NCBI GenBank assembly: GCA_965197925.1
Contig: CBDAOC010000019.1
Span: 528,053-592,052, forward strand
Length of the DNA: 64,000 nucleotides
From: Nitrososphaerales archaeon
GTDB taxonomy: Archaea > Thermoproteota > Nitrososphaeria > Nitrososphaerales > UBA213
Direction of reading: 5' to 3'
Position 1 is the stretch's first letter. Every line of letters begins with the position of its first letter. The position numbers and the translations under genes were made by a program. Positions 21,716-32,160 of this stretch are shown here, piece after piece. The notes under the pieces are model-generated. The model was not told where the DNA came from. It worked only from the letters and a program-made list of their open reading frames with translations, and searched no databases.

Positions 21716-23256
21716 TGGGGTATTATCTCCTTCAGGCGGTATTTTTACCCTTGTTGCTGGCTCCACTTGCCTATTACTTAGGTAGGAGGTATGGTGTAGG
21801 TCCGGCCACCTGGTTAACTTTTGGTGTTATGCTTTATTCTACCGCAATGCTGATTATTCCTTTCTCAACGGGACATTACGCGGAATTTTATCCCTGGAGC
21901 CAACTAGGACAATTTGGACTTGTAATGGACGGATTGTCCAGTCCCTTTGCTCTGATAATATACATTCTATCAACTGTACTTGTTCTTTACTCAAGGCCCT
22001 ACATGATCCATAAGATAACTGAAGAGTACCATCAGCACTTGCATAATGTGAGCGGTCCACCGATAAAGTTGGAAACGGAGCAGGTTCCAAAGCAGATCAT
22101 AAACCACAACGTCGGCATCTACTACGCATTATATCTTGTATTTGCGATGGGTATGCTCGGAACGGTGTTGGCATCTAACTTGGTTCAGTTTTACGTTTTC
22201 TTTGAATTAATGCTGATCCCTTCATTCTTCCTTGTAGCATTCTTCGGCTACGGTGCAAAAAAGCGCATCGCATTGATGTTCTTCTTCTGGACCCATGTTG
22301 GTGCCGTGGTTCTACTCTTGGCATTGATCGCTCTAGGTCTTTCTGCTGGGAGCTTTGACATGGCGGATATAATTGAAGCATCGATTGCACAGGATCTTTT
22401 ACCATGGATAGCAATTGGCATAATAGTTGGATTGTCTGTCAAACTTGCCATATTCTTGGTGCATATATGGCTTCCTTATGCACATGCAGAAGCACCAACA
22501 CCAATCAGTGCATTACTTTCACCCGCCATGATCGGAATAGGTGGATATGCTTTGATGCGCCTTTTGATGGTGCTGATGCCGAATATGTATCAGGAAACAT
22601 CATTCTATCTTAGCATCTGGGCGTTCATAACGATGGCTTATGGAGGAGCTATGGCATTGGTGCAGGACGACGTCAAGCGGTTTTTGGCATATTCTAGCAT
22701 AAGCCAGATGGGATACTTCCTATTTGGCTTTGCCTCTCTAAACGCAATAGGGGTGACTGGCTCTGTGATGCTTTACATCAGCCACGGAACGGGGAAGGCA
22801 TTGCTCTTCATGATGGCAGGAATGTTGATACTACAGGTAGGAACAAAAAGTTTCTCTAAGTTAGGAGGACTGGCTGGGAAGTTACCAATTACAGCTGTAA
22901 CCGCAATGATAGGTGGTCTTGCGATTATGGGTATACCCCCAACAAATGGCTTCATGGCTGAATGGATGCTGTTCTATGGTGCCTTACAGACTGGTATTGT
23001 GGAAAATTCTATGTCCAGAATTATACTCTTCGGCCTTGCCATATCCACTACCATTTTGACAGCAGGTTACATATTGTGGATGTTCAAGCGTATCTTCTTT
23101 GGTAGATTGCCAGAGGGATTAGAAAAAGTAAAGGAAGGATCTATGTATATGACAGTCCCCATGATGGCGTTGGCCATTATGACGATAGTAATTGGAATCT
23201 ACCCTGAGATATTTACAAGTATGATAGTTCCATTTATGCAGAGCATTTTAGGGTGA
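21712..23256 (+). CDS. nuoM: Complex I subunit M
   Basis: FFELMLIP, HIWLPYAHAEAPTP and LAYSSISQMG. Confidence 0.93.
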   Translation: MMGYYLLQAVFLPLLLAPLAYYLGRRYGVGPATWLTFGVMLYSTAMLIIPFSTGHYAEFYPWSQLGQFGLVMDGLSSPFALIIYILSTVLVLYSRPYMIHKITEEYHQHLHNVSGPPIKLETEQVPKQIINHNVGIYYALYLVFAMGMLGTVLASNLVQFYVFFELMLIPSFFLVAFFGYGAKKRIALMFFFWTHVGAVVLLLALIALGLSAGSFDMADIIEASIAQDLLPWIAIGIIVGLSVKLAIFLVHIWLPYAHAEAPTPISALLSPAMIGIGGYALMRLLMVLMPNMYQETSFYLSIWAFITMAYGGAMALVQDDVKRFLAYSSISQMGYFLFGFASLNAIGVTGSVMLYISHGTGKALLFMMAGMLILQVGTKSFSKLGGLAGKLPITAVTAMIGGLAIMGIPPTNGFMAEWMLFYGALQTGIVENSMSRIILFGLAISTTILTAGYILWMFKRIFFGRLPEGLEKVKEGSMYMTVPMMALAIMTIVIGIYPEIFTSMIVPFMQSILG

Positions 23257-23262
23257 TAGATA

Positions 23263-25350
23263 ATGGGGCTTGGTGAAATACTTAACTTTGCTATACAGGC
23301 TGGTGGGGAGACTATTGCACCAGTAATTGGAAGCTTTGATCACCTCGGAAATGTTGTATGGTTGATCTGGATCTTACCAATGATAGGGGCTCTACTTACT
23401 CCTTTGTTTGCAAAGACTGGCAGTCGATTATTGAATCTTGGCCCTGTAGGATTCTGCTTTGTAAGTGCAATTTTAGCCGCCACACTTATCCCTGTGGCAC
23501 TCGGGGGAGGTGAGGTACATAGTCAGTATCCATGGATCAGCAGTATCGGGATCAATGCAGGAGTTCTTGCTGATACTTTAAGCATAATCATGGCGAACTT
23601 GGTAGCTTGGATCTCATTTCTCATTATGGTTTACAGTATAGGTTACATGAAAGGCGATCCAGATCTGCTCAGATATTGGTTCTTTATGAGTTTCTTCATC
23701 GGCAGCATGCAGTTATTAGTTTTGTCAGATAATTTGCTGATGCTCTTCTTCGGTTGGGAAGGTGTGGGTTTGGCTTCTTACGCATTGATAGGCTTTTGGT
23801 ACAAGGATCGTAGAAAAGATCATGTTGGTAGGATTGGCCATTATGCGATCGGAGTTGCACAGTACACTTCACCTTCACATGCAGGAATGAAAGCATTCCT
23901 AATGACGAAGGTTGGTGATGTCATGATGTTGGCAGGAATATTTATGATATTTGCATATGCGGGAACATTCGAGTACAAACTGCTATTGAATGATACAACA
24001 TGGGCAGAGACTATGGTATCACAAGGATTGCTTGTACCTGCTGCTGTACTGCTCTTTGGCGGTGCTGTCGGAAAATCGGCCCAGTTCCCATTGCATGAAT
24101 GGTTACTTGAAGCAATGACCGGTCCAACAGCAGTTTCTGCGCTCATACACGCAGCAACAATGGTCAAGGCAGGTGTATATTTTGTGGCGAGAATTGGTCC
24201 TCTTTTCTTTGCAGTAGCTGCTTTCGCTTCAAGCCAATTCTTCGAAATAGTAGCATGGGTAGGCATCATAACAGCATTTTTGCTTGCATCGCAGGCTATG
24301 GTTAACAAGGAGATAAAGAAAGTACTGGCTTATTCTACGGGCTCTCAGATAGGATATATGATGCTTGCACTTGGTATTGCAGGTTTATCGGCCCAATTCG
24401 TTGAGGGATACACCGCAGGTCTATTCCATCTTGCTAGCCATGCAATGTTCAAGGCATCTCTTTTCATGGCAGCCGGTGGTTTGTTACACGTCGCCCACAG
24501 CCGATTTTTGGATGATATGGGTGGTCTGAGGAAGAACATGCGTAAAACCTACATTGCTATGATGGCAGCTGCATTATCACTTGCAGGTGCTCCGATAATA
24601 ACAAGCGGTTTCTGGAGCAAGGACGCAATCTTTGGGGCGCTTTTAGATTCCCATTATGCTTTTGCAGATATACTGTATTGGTTAGCGATCCTGATCGCGG
24701 CCATGACGGCATTCTATACAATGAGAATGGTAGGTATGGCATTGTTTGGGGCAAAGAGTGAACATCTTAGCAACGTTGAACTTGGAGGTCACAAATTAAA
24801 AGAAGTTGGTGCCGTTATGTGGGTACCATTTGGGATACTTGCTGGTTTGACCATAGCGATAGGTATAGCTGGCCCAATTGTAGAGGAGAATATGCATCAA
24901 ATGATTTCAATATTCCTAACGAATTCCTATGGTATAGAATCTCATGCTTCTGTTAACTTTAACCTCACGGCCGTGGCATCATCTGTGTTAGCATTCGGTT
25001 TCGGCGCAGGTCTGGGATATATCTTCTACATAGCCAGAAAGGTAAGTCCTGCTATCATCCATTCAAACACGGTGAGTTATAGCATATACAGATTCTTGGA
25101 AAATAGATGGTATGTGAACAGCATCATCTACTGGGCCTTCGTATACATTCCATTATTAATTTCCAGAGGATTATGGCGTTACTTTGAAAGTGTGATCATA
25201 GAAGGTATAAATCCATCTTTCCAGTTCGCCATGACCTGGTGGTCCAAAGTGGTGAGGTTCATGCAAACCGGTGTGACACAGACATACATCTATGTATTTG
25301 CGGTAGGCTTGTTATTTTTGCTTATACTCTTGTTCATACAGGTGAGATAA
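23263..25350 (+). CDS. nuoL: Complex I subunit L
   Basis: GWEGVG, GKSAQFPLHEWL and SALIHAATMV. Confidence 0.96.
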   Translation: MGLGEILNFAIQAGGETIAPVIGSFDHLGNVVWLIWILPMIGALLTPLFAKTGSRLLNLGPVGFCFVSAILAATLIPVALGGGEVHSQYPWISSIGINAGVLADTLSIIMANLVAWISFLIMVYSIGYMKGDPDLLRYWFFMSFFIGSMQLLVLSDNLLMLFFGWEGVGLASYALIGFWYKDRRKDHVGRIGHYAIGVAQYTSPSHAGMKAFLMTKVGDVMMLAGIFMIFAYAGTFEYKLLLNDTTWAETMVSQGLLVPAAVLLFGGAVGKSAQFPLHEWLLEAMTGPTAVSALIHAATMVKAGVYFVARIGPLFFAVAAFASSQFFEIVAWVGIITAFLLASQAMVNKEIKKVLAYSTGSQIGYMMLALGIAGLSAQFVEGYTAGLFHLASHAMFKASLFMAAGGLLHVAHSRFLDDMGGLRKNMRKTYIAMMAAALSLAGAPIITSGFWSKDAIFGALLDSHYAFADILYWLAILIAAMTAFYTMRMVGMALFGAKSEHLSNVELGGHKLKEVGAVMWVPFGILAGLTIAIGIAGPIVEENMHQMISIFLTNSYGIESHASVNFNLTAVASSVLAFGFGAGLGYIFYIARKVSPAIIHSNTVSYSIYRFLENRWYVNSIIYWAFVYIPLLISRGLWRYFESVIIEGINPSFQFAMTWWSKVVRFMQTGVTQTYIYVFAVGLLFLLILLFIQVR

Positions 25351-25353
25351 CAA

Positions 25354-26844
25354 TTGGTTGACATTTTATCCACCCCGTTCCTCATTACAATAATTCTTGG
25401 TACGGTAGGACTTGTAATACCCATCATAGATGCAATACGTAAAGAGCGTGGTGCGGATCATCGATTGTATGGAAGCATAGCTTTTGGTGCTCTAATCCTA
25501 TCTATCTTCATAATAATTTTCAGGATCTCTACAGGTGAACAGATACCAACCATTTCGTTTGTTAACACTGCGGTGCTTACAGAAGATCTATTTGGCTCAT
25601 TCTTTGCAATCGTGATGTTGATAGTGGCGGTATTGACAACCGTTTCCTCAATTGATTATATGAGGAAAACACCCAATCCAGCTCCCTACTACTCGCTATT
25701 ACTTCTGTCCAGTATTGGGATGGTGTTACTGGCTTATTCTACCGATCTGGTGATGTTGATAGTAGCATGGGAACTGATGAGCATCCCTACATATGTGCTT
25801 GTAGGGTTTCACAAAAGAGATCCTGCTTCCAATGAGGCTGCGATAAAGTACTTCCTCTTTGGTGCATTATCGACTGGTATTATTATCTATGGCATATCAC
25901 TGGCATATGGCCTTACAGGTTCTACTAATATCGCAGTCGTATTGCAGCAGCTTCCGTTCGATGGTGATTTCAGACCTATCGCATTAATGACACTTGCTAT
26001 GTTCATAGCAGGTTTCGGGTTTAAGCTCGCGTTGGTACCGTTTCACATGTGGCTGCCTGATACATATGAAGGAGGGCCTACGACCATTAGTGCTTTCCTT
26101 GCAGCAGGCACCAAGAAGGCGGGATTTGCAGCAATATTTAGGGTGGTGATCTTTGGTATGGTTGCACTAAACCTAGAATGGAGCTTGTTACTGGGAATAC
26201 TAGCAATCTTTACAATGGTAATAGGAAACTTGGCAGCATTAACTCAGAAGAGCATAACGAGGATGCTTGCATATTCAAGCATAGCTCATGCTGGCTACAT
26301 GTTGATTGGTTTGAGCATGGCGCCTTTTTCAACACTTGCAATGCAAGGCTCACTTTTCCACATACTTAATCATGCCATTATGAAATCTGCGGCCTTTATA
26401 GCTGCTGCAGCCGTTATAATTACAATTGGAACAACAAACATTGATAGCTATAAGGGACTCGGTAAGAGGATGCCTATAACGGCATTGGTGATGTCGGTAT
26501 CACTTCTTGCACTTGCTGGTGTGCCTCCATTAAATGGTTTCTGGAGCAAGTTCATTCTTTTCTCATCTTCCATAGATGCTGCTTCATCTGTGAGCTGGGC
26601 TCCCGCTCTTGCGATAGCAGGTATACTTGCAAGCGCACTATCATTGGGATATTATGCATGGGTAATTAGAAAGATGTACTTTGAAGAATCTACAACTGCC
26701 GAAATAAAGAGGGTGAAAGAACCGAGGATAATACTTGCAGTATTAATATTCACATTAGTATTCATGGTGGGTTTTGGAATATATCCAGCTCCGTTGATAG
26801 AATTTTCATCCATATCTATACCCCCTATAGCTGTAGTGCCATAA
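25354..26844 (+). CDS. nuoN: Complex I subunit N
   Basis: EAAIKYF, FKLALVPFHMWLPDTYEG and RMLAYSSIAHAG. Confidence 0.96.
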   Translation: MVDILSTPFLITIILGTVGLVIPIIDAIRKERGADHRLYGSIAFGALILSIFIIIFRISTGEQIPTISFVNTAVLTEDLFGSFFAIVMLIVAVLTTVSSIDYMRKTPNPAPYYSLLLLSSIGMVLLAYSTDLVMLIVAWELMSIPTYVLVGFHKRDPASNEAAIKYFLFGALSTGIIIYGISLAYGLTGSTNIAVVLQQLPFDGDFRPIALMTLAMFIAGFGFKLALVPFHMWLPDTYEGGPTTISAFLAAGTKKAGFAAIFRVVIFGMVALNLEWSLLLGILAIFTMVIGNLAALTQKSITRMLAYSSIAHAGYMLIGLSMAPFSTLAMQGSLFHILNHAIMKSAAFIAAAAVIITIGTTNIDSYKGLGKRMPITALVMSVSLLALAGVPPLNGFWSKFILFSSSIDAASSVSWAPALAIAGILASALSLGYYAWVIRKMYFEESTTAEIKRVKEPRIILAVLIFTLVFMVGFGIYPAPLIEFSSISIPPIAVVP

Positions 26845-26848
26845 TGAA

Positions 26849-28393
26849 TTACATATCACTCGTACCTTCAGGAATATCGAAGTTCATCTTATATTGCGAG
26901 AAATCTTCAATTAGTTTTGTCAGATCCTGTCTATAATAATCTAATCTATCCGGATCATACTTCTGTACTAACTCTATTCCTTCTTGGCTATTGATCCTAT
27001 GCATGATTACATTGCGATGAACATAACCAGTTACGTATCTGCAACTGCGTTTTTTTGCTTCGCTTAGAAATTTAATTCTAAGCCAATGACCGCCCCTTCC
27101 ACCCGAGTAACCCGCCTTGACGTTGATACTTTCCAGGTATACAGTATTTCTCTTACCCTTATTTTCATCACTAGTGCCGCGTCGAAGACTGTAATTCTCA
27201 AGGGGTCCGCCCTTGGCATAACCAACAATCTTACCATTTTCTTCGTTGACCCTTAAGGTGATCAAGATAGTTTCATTTTTAGATAATGATTTCTCAAACT
27301 TTCCTTCGTTAATGCGTATAGGAACAGGAAGTTCTCTGTATAAATTCAAAACACATTCTTTCACATTTCCATCAAGATTGCTCTCAATTTTTTCTACGAT
27401 CGGTACAAGTTCAATTTCTTTCCTATAAATTAAATCTTTCACAGTCAATTCCTCTTCCATTGCCTTCTTGAATGCCTCTACATTGTCAAAGAAGGTTTTT
27501 TGATATTTTTCAGATATACCCCCCAATACAAGTTCAGTCATTTTCCTCTCCTCCTTGAGTGTACTGAAATATTTCACAGATTCTTCATTGATCAAAGAGG
27601 GATGCCATCCTAAAGCGTGGGCATTTCGTCGAGCAAGTTCCTTGGAGTGAGCAAAGTTGCCTAGAGCATAACCTGCTATTCGTTCTGCAACTGACAAGAA
27701 CCATCCAAGGTCTTCATAATGCTTTCTTGTTTTAACATCATGCTCGGGAATTCCAGCTGCCGTGAATAATTCCTGTATTCTCTTCCTTGCATGTTCGGCA
27801 ATCTTGCCCTTGAAGGGATAAACAGTACGGTGTATTATTGCAATTACAATATCGTTGTTTAATCCAACATCATCGATGAACCTCCTTATTCTTTCGTCGT
27901 TTCTTATGAACCATTCAACGGAATCTTCATTGGGCTTATCAAATTCCTTTAATGGATCGTAGTCATGAAATAGAGCGGCCATAAAAAGATAACTTATATC
28001 TTCTCTACTGAATATGCCTTTTCCTTTTTGCTCATTGGCGGAGAGCAAAGTTATGTAAGTTGCCTCAAGCTCATGATCTATGTTATGGTATCCATAATAG
28101 TCTGATCCCAGTCCCTTCTTTGAAAACTCTGCGACTGAATGTCGTATTACTCTCTTAAGCCACTTGGCTTGAAGTCCAATATCACACCCTAATTGAATTA
28201 TCTTATCCTTCAAAACTGCTTCTTCAGCGATACCTATGTTGTAACGCAACCACCAAGGGAACAACTTGAACCGTTTGTAACACTCATACCACCATGGAAG
28301 TGGATTAGCAAGAGGATTTACTGGGGGCGAATATTTTTCTATATCATCGTCTTGATTATCAATTTTTTCATGTGGAAAAGGCAATGTCACCAC
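26849..28393 (-). CDS. HD-domain phosphohydrolase (PDE-like) with a C-terminal GNAT-like domain
   Basis: YHNIDH and ALFHDYD metal motifs. The C-terminus (IVGYAKGG...VYLESINVKAGYSGGRGG) resembles an acetyltransferase motif A. Confidence 0.65.
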   Translation of the reverse strand: MVTLPFPHEKIDNQDDDIEKYSPPVNPLANPLPWWYECYKRFKLFPWWLRYNIGIAEEAVLKDKIIQLGCDIGLQAKWLKRVIRHSVAEFSKKGLGSDYYGYHNIDHELEATYITLLSANEQKGKGIFSREDISYLFMAALFHDYDPLKEFDKPNEDSVEWFIRNDERIRRFIDDVGLNNDIVIAIIHRTVYPFKGKIAEHARKRIQELFTAAGIPEHDVKTRKHYEDLGWFLSVAERIAGYALGNFAHSKELARRNAHALGWHPSLINEESVKYFSTLKEERKMTELVLGGISEKYQKTFFDNVEAFKKAMEEELTVKDLIYRKEIELVPIVEKIESNLDGNVKECVLNLYRELPVPIRINEGKFEKSLSKNETILITLRVNEENGKIVGYAKGGPLENYSLRRGTSDENKGKRNTVYLESINVKAGYSGGRGGHWLRIKFLSEAKKRSCRYVTGYVHRNVIMHRINSQEGIELVQKYDPDRLDYYRQDLTKLIEDFSQYKMNFDIPEGTSDM

Positions 28394-28468
28394 CAGTATT
28401 CATTAATTTAATTAGATCACATTCCTATAAAAATTGTGATTCCTATAATAATCGTAACTAATAAGTTA

Positions 28469-29308
28469 TTAAAACATTGTGACGCTTATCAAATCTTCCA
28501 AATTTAACCTGGACTTGTCAGCAATTATTCGCAATTCATTCTTTGCTTTATTGGTGTAATCGTGAACTATAGTCTGCATTCTTTCGATCAGTTCCTTTGG
28601 TTGACTAGCGTTGTTCATAAGGATGTTGAACAATCGTTGCTCGTTTTTCCAATCCAAAAGGTCATCGTGGATCTGATATGCTATGCCTATATATCTTCCA
28701 AAATTTGTCAAAGCATTAGTTTGATCGTCATCACCCTCACCTATTATAGCACCGATCTTTGATGCAGCTTCGAAGAGTGAAGCTGTCTTATAACTTACCA
28801 CATTAACATAGTCATCGATTGTTAAATTCCCAGAGGAATTAAGTCTTACCTCAAGCATTTCGCCCTCGCTCATTTTTAGTGCAGCATTGGCAAGTTCATT
28901 TCCAAGCCTTGGATTTCTTAATTTGGCTGCTACATTAAGTATGATACCCAGAACAAAATCAGCAGTAAGTATAGACATATTGTATCCATATTGAATATGA
29001 AATGACATTTTTCCCCTACGTTCCTTCTCTTCATCCACTATATCATCATGAATTACAGATTCTGTGTGTAAAAATTCTATTGCAGAGGCGGCCAAGTAAG
29101 CATCACTATCACATTTGCCAACACTTTCTGAAGAAAGAACCAGTATCAATGGTCTAATTCTCTTGCCTCCCTCGCAAGCATACCTTAAAGGAGCATAAAA
29201 TTCTGACCATGAATAAAGGTTAAGCTCATACCATAATGCATCCTCTATCTTGTTCAAATGGTTCCCAAATGATTCATGTAAAGGATTTACCTTGGTGCTC
29301 CTTTTCAA
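28469..29308 (-). CDS. Polyprenyl (isoprenyl diphosphate) synthase
   Basis: GGKRIRP, IHDDIVD...RRG, YKTA and YQIHDDLLD. Confidence 0.93.
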   Translation of the reverse strand: MKRSTKVNPLHESFGNHLNKIEDALWYELNLYSWSEFYAPLRYACEGGKRIRPLILVLSSESVGKCDSDAYLAASAIEFLHTESVIHDDIVDEEKERRGKMSFHIQYGYNMSILTADFVLGIILNVAAKLRNPRLGNELANAALKMSEGEMLEVRLNSSGNLTIDDYVNVVSYKTASLFEAASKIGAIIGEGDDDQTNALTNFGRYIGIAYQIHDDLLDWKNEQRLFNILMNNASQPKELIERMQTIVHDYTNKAKNELRIIADKSRLNLEDLISVTMF

Positions 29309-29576
29309 ATCAGAACGATTACAATTTACCTCGTAATATTATTAATGCTTTTGGGAGTCGTTGAATGTATTGGCTTAATTTGGTCGGCTGGAGCTCATTC
29401 AAAGTAAGAACCTCGGTACCTTAGATTAGTACATAAAACCTTTTTGAATCGAACAACGGTTATATTTTGAATACATTCACTGCTCAAGAATATGTAATTT
29501 AGTTTCGAACTATGGACAAGGATTCTAATTGAATTCAAACTGCATATTTATATTCTGTTAGACCCGTTATCCCATA

Positions 29577-30914
29577 ATGGTTCAGATACTTACTGAAAGT
29601 ATAGATAATTTACGTACTGAATTTATCGAGGTAAGGAAAAAGACTCTAGACCTCTTCAAACCCTTGAAGATTGAAGATGCAGTTATGCAGTCTAATGTGT
29701 TCGGGAGTCCACCCAACTGGCATCTTGCTCACACTACTTGGTTCTTTCAAAAGGTTTTGGAAAAACATGGTAAAAAAATGGATTTTGAAAAGCAAATCAA
29801 TACAGAGTATCTTAACTCCTACTACCAGAAATTTCAAAGCATACTCCCTAAACCTGAAAGAGGAAGATTTCCAAGACCTGTAGTGAAGGAGACTTTGAAT
29901 TACAGGTCTTTGATGGAGAAAGAAGTTCTCTCCTTACTAAACAATGCTGAATCCTATGATAATCAATTAGAGGGTTTTAAATATGATATAATGTTGGCGA
30001 ACCAGCATGAGATGCAACATCAGGAGTTGATGGTCTACGACTTGCAACACTACTTCCAGCGTTATCCTGATACTGAGGATAATTATATACCTCACACTTT
30101 AAAAAATCCACCGTGGGGGACTGAAATGCCCGGTGGTATGGTAGAGATCGCTGGGGGAATTTATGAATTGGGTTTTAATGGAGAAACCTTTTGCTATGAC
30201 AACGAGCTACCTGAACATAAGGTCTACCTGCAGTCATTCAAAATGGATGTAACGCCTGTCACCAACCAAGAATTTATGAAGTTCATAGATGATGGAGGGT
30301 ATGAGAAGTTCAAATATTGGCTTGCCGATGGATGGGATCTGGTAAAGGACCAGGAATGGAAGGCCCCACTTTATTGGGAGTACAAAGAAGGAGTTTGGGT
30401 TAAGAAGGATTTTCATGGTTATAACCATATTGACCCAGATCAACCAGTAACCAATGTAAGTTACTATGAAGCCGATGCCTATGCATGCTGGGCTGGAAAG
30501 AGAATCCCGAGCGAGGCTGAATGGGAAAAAGCTGCATCTTGGAATGAAGAATTGCAGGAAAAAATGCTTTACCCTTGGGGGAATGAAAAGCCTTCTGTTA
30601 CAAATGCTAATCTACTGGAATCGTATATTTGGGCCCCAACCAGGATTGGCTCCTATCCAAGAGGTGTGAGTTTCTATGGTTGCCATCAGATGATAGGAGA
30701 TATTTGGGAGTGGACATCGTCGGAATACAAACTATTTCCAGGATTCAGGTCCAGATTTGAAGAGTATACAGACAAGTGGGCAATAAACCAGAAAGTTCTT
30801 CGAGGTGGATCATTTGCCACCCCGGTCAATCAAATCAGGAACAGTTATAGGAACTACTTCAAACCCTATGAAAGAGTTCTATTCGCAGGGTTTCGCTGTG
30901 CAAAAGACATCTAA
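29577..30914 (+). CDS. egtB: Ergothioneine biosynthesis sulfoxide synthase EgtB
   Basis: WHLAHTTWF and HEMQHQE iron motifs plus an FGE-sulfatase-like C-terminus (RIPSEAEWEKAA, GFRCA). Confidence 0.9.
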   Translation: MVQILTESIDNLRTEFIEVRKKTLDLFKPLKIEDAVMQSNVFGSPPNWHLAHTTWFFQKVLEKHGKKMDFEKQINTEYLNSYYQKFQSILPKPERGRFPRPVVKETLNYRSLMEKEVLSLLNNAESYDNQLEGFKYDIMLANQHEMQHQELMVYDLQHYFQRYPDTEDNYIPHTLKNPPWGTEMPGGMVEIAGGIYELGFNGETFCYDNELPEHKVYLQSFKMDVTPVTNQEFMKFIDDGGYEKFKYWLADGWDLVKDQEWKAPLYWEYKEGVWVKKDFHGYNHIDPDQPVTNVSYYEADAYACWAGKRIPSEAEWEKAASWNEELQEKMLYPWGNEKPSVTNANLLESYIWAPTRIGSYPRGVSFYGCHQMIGDIWEWTSSEYKLFPGFRSRFEEYTDKWAINQKVLRGGSFATPVNQIRNSYRNYFKPYERVLFAGFRCAKDI

Positions 30915-31155
30915 ACCTTGGATGAGCATTAATGGAAAGTTCCAGAATTAATGCTATCAACATTTAGAATTGACCGAGGGGTTGGCTTGATCAATGTATT
31001 TCATATATAGAAATAGGTATATTGACAAGTCTGGAGGTCAATTATTAACTATTTATAAGCATCCTGATATATATTATTAAATATTCAGCTATTCATAACG
31101 CTAATCTTATTATGATAAGACTTATTAATTAATAATTTTAAGATATAGTAGCAAA

Positions 31156-32160
31156 ATGAGGTCTAGTAAAAAGTGGCGAATCATTGGTGGTGGAATTGCA
31201 GTTGCTGTTATGGTAGGATTAACATTATTTATGACTTCAAGTGTCTTGGAGCAAATACCCGCTCGGAGTAATCAGGAATCCGAAAATATGGGAATCCAAC
31301 CAGATGAGAATAAGTTAGGGACTAAAACCAGAGTGATAGCCTCATTTTATCCATTGTACGATTATGCACGAAATGTAGGTAAGGAAAAGATTGAAGTTTC
31401 AACTCTAATTCCGATTGGCATAGAACCTCATCTGTGGGAACCTACAGCTGCAAGTATGCAGCAACTAAGAACAGCAGATATTTTCATCTATAATGGTGCC
31501 GGGTTTGAACCATGGGTGGAAAAAATTATTGTAGCAAGAGAACTTACTGGCTTGAAATCCTTCGAAACTACAAAAGGTATTAAATTGATAAAATCCACTG
31601 ATGGAGATAAAGTGAACGCTGATGGACATGAAGGGACAGATCCTCATCTGTGGTTAGATCCCATACTTGCGAAACATCAGGTTAACCTAATAAAAGATGC
31701 TTTAATTGAAGTTGATCCTCTAAATACTGAGTACTATGTAGATAACGCGGAAACATATATAGCGAAATTAGACAAATTGGATGCAAAGATAAGATCTGAA
31801 CTTGCCAGTTGTAAAAGAGACACATTTATATCATTTCATCAGGCATTCAGTTATTTTGCAAATAGGTACGGGTTAATTCAGGTTTCTCTAGCGGGGATCA
31901 ACCCTGAAGCAGAAGCTTCTCCTGCAGAACTCAAAGAATTTGTAGAATTTGCCAGAACGAATGATATCAAAGTAATTTATTCTGAAGAACTGATAAATCC
32001 TAGACTCGCGGAAATTCTAGCTGCTGAAGTAGGTGCAGAAGTGTTACTTTTAAGCCCGATTGAAGGATTAACCAATGAAGAATTGGGGGAAGATTTAACA
32101 TACCTTGACAAGATGGAACAGAATTTGCAGAACCTCAAGATAGGGCTTGAATGTACATGA
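31156..32160 (+). CDS. znuA: Zn/Mn ABC transporter substrate-binding protein
   Basis: EPHLWEP, DPHLWLDP and HQAFSYF motifs; N-terminal membrane anchor. Confidence 0.88.
   Translation: MRSSKKWRIIGGGIAVAVMVGLTLFMTSSVLEQIPARSNQESENMGIQPDENKLGTKTRVIASFYPLYDYARNVGKEKIEVSTLIPIGIEPHLWEPTAASMQQLRTADIFIYNGAGFEPWVEKIIVARELTGLKSFETTKGIKLIKSTDGDKVNADGHEGTDPHLWLDPILAKHQVNLIKDALIEVDPLNTEYYVDNAETYIAKLDKLDAKIRSELASCKRDTFISFHQAFSYFANRYGLIQVSLAGINPEAEASPAELKEFVEFARTNDIKVIYSEELINPRLAEILAAEVGAEVLLLSPIEGLTNEELGEDLTYLDKMEQNLQNLKIGLECT

Noticed and set aside
16486..26844. Missing nuoEFG and M-before-L order as a novelty
   Set aside because: This is the usual 11-subunit complex I arrangement in ammonia-oxidising archaea.
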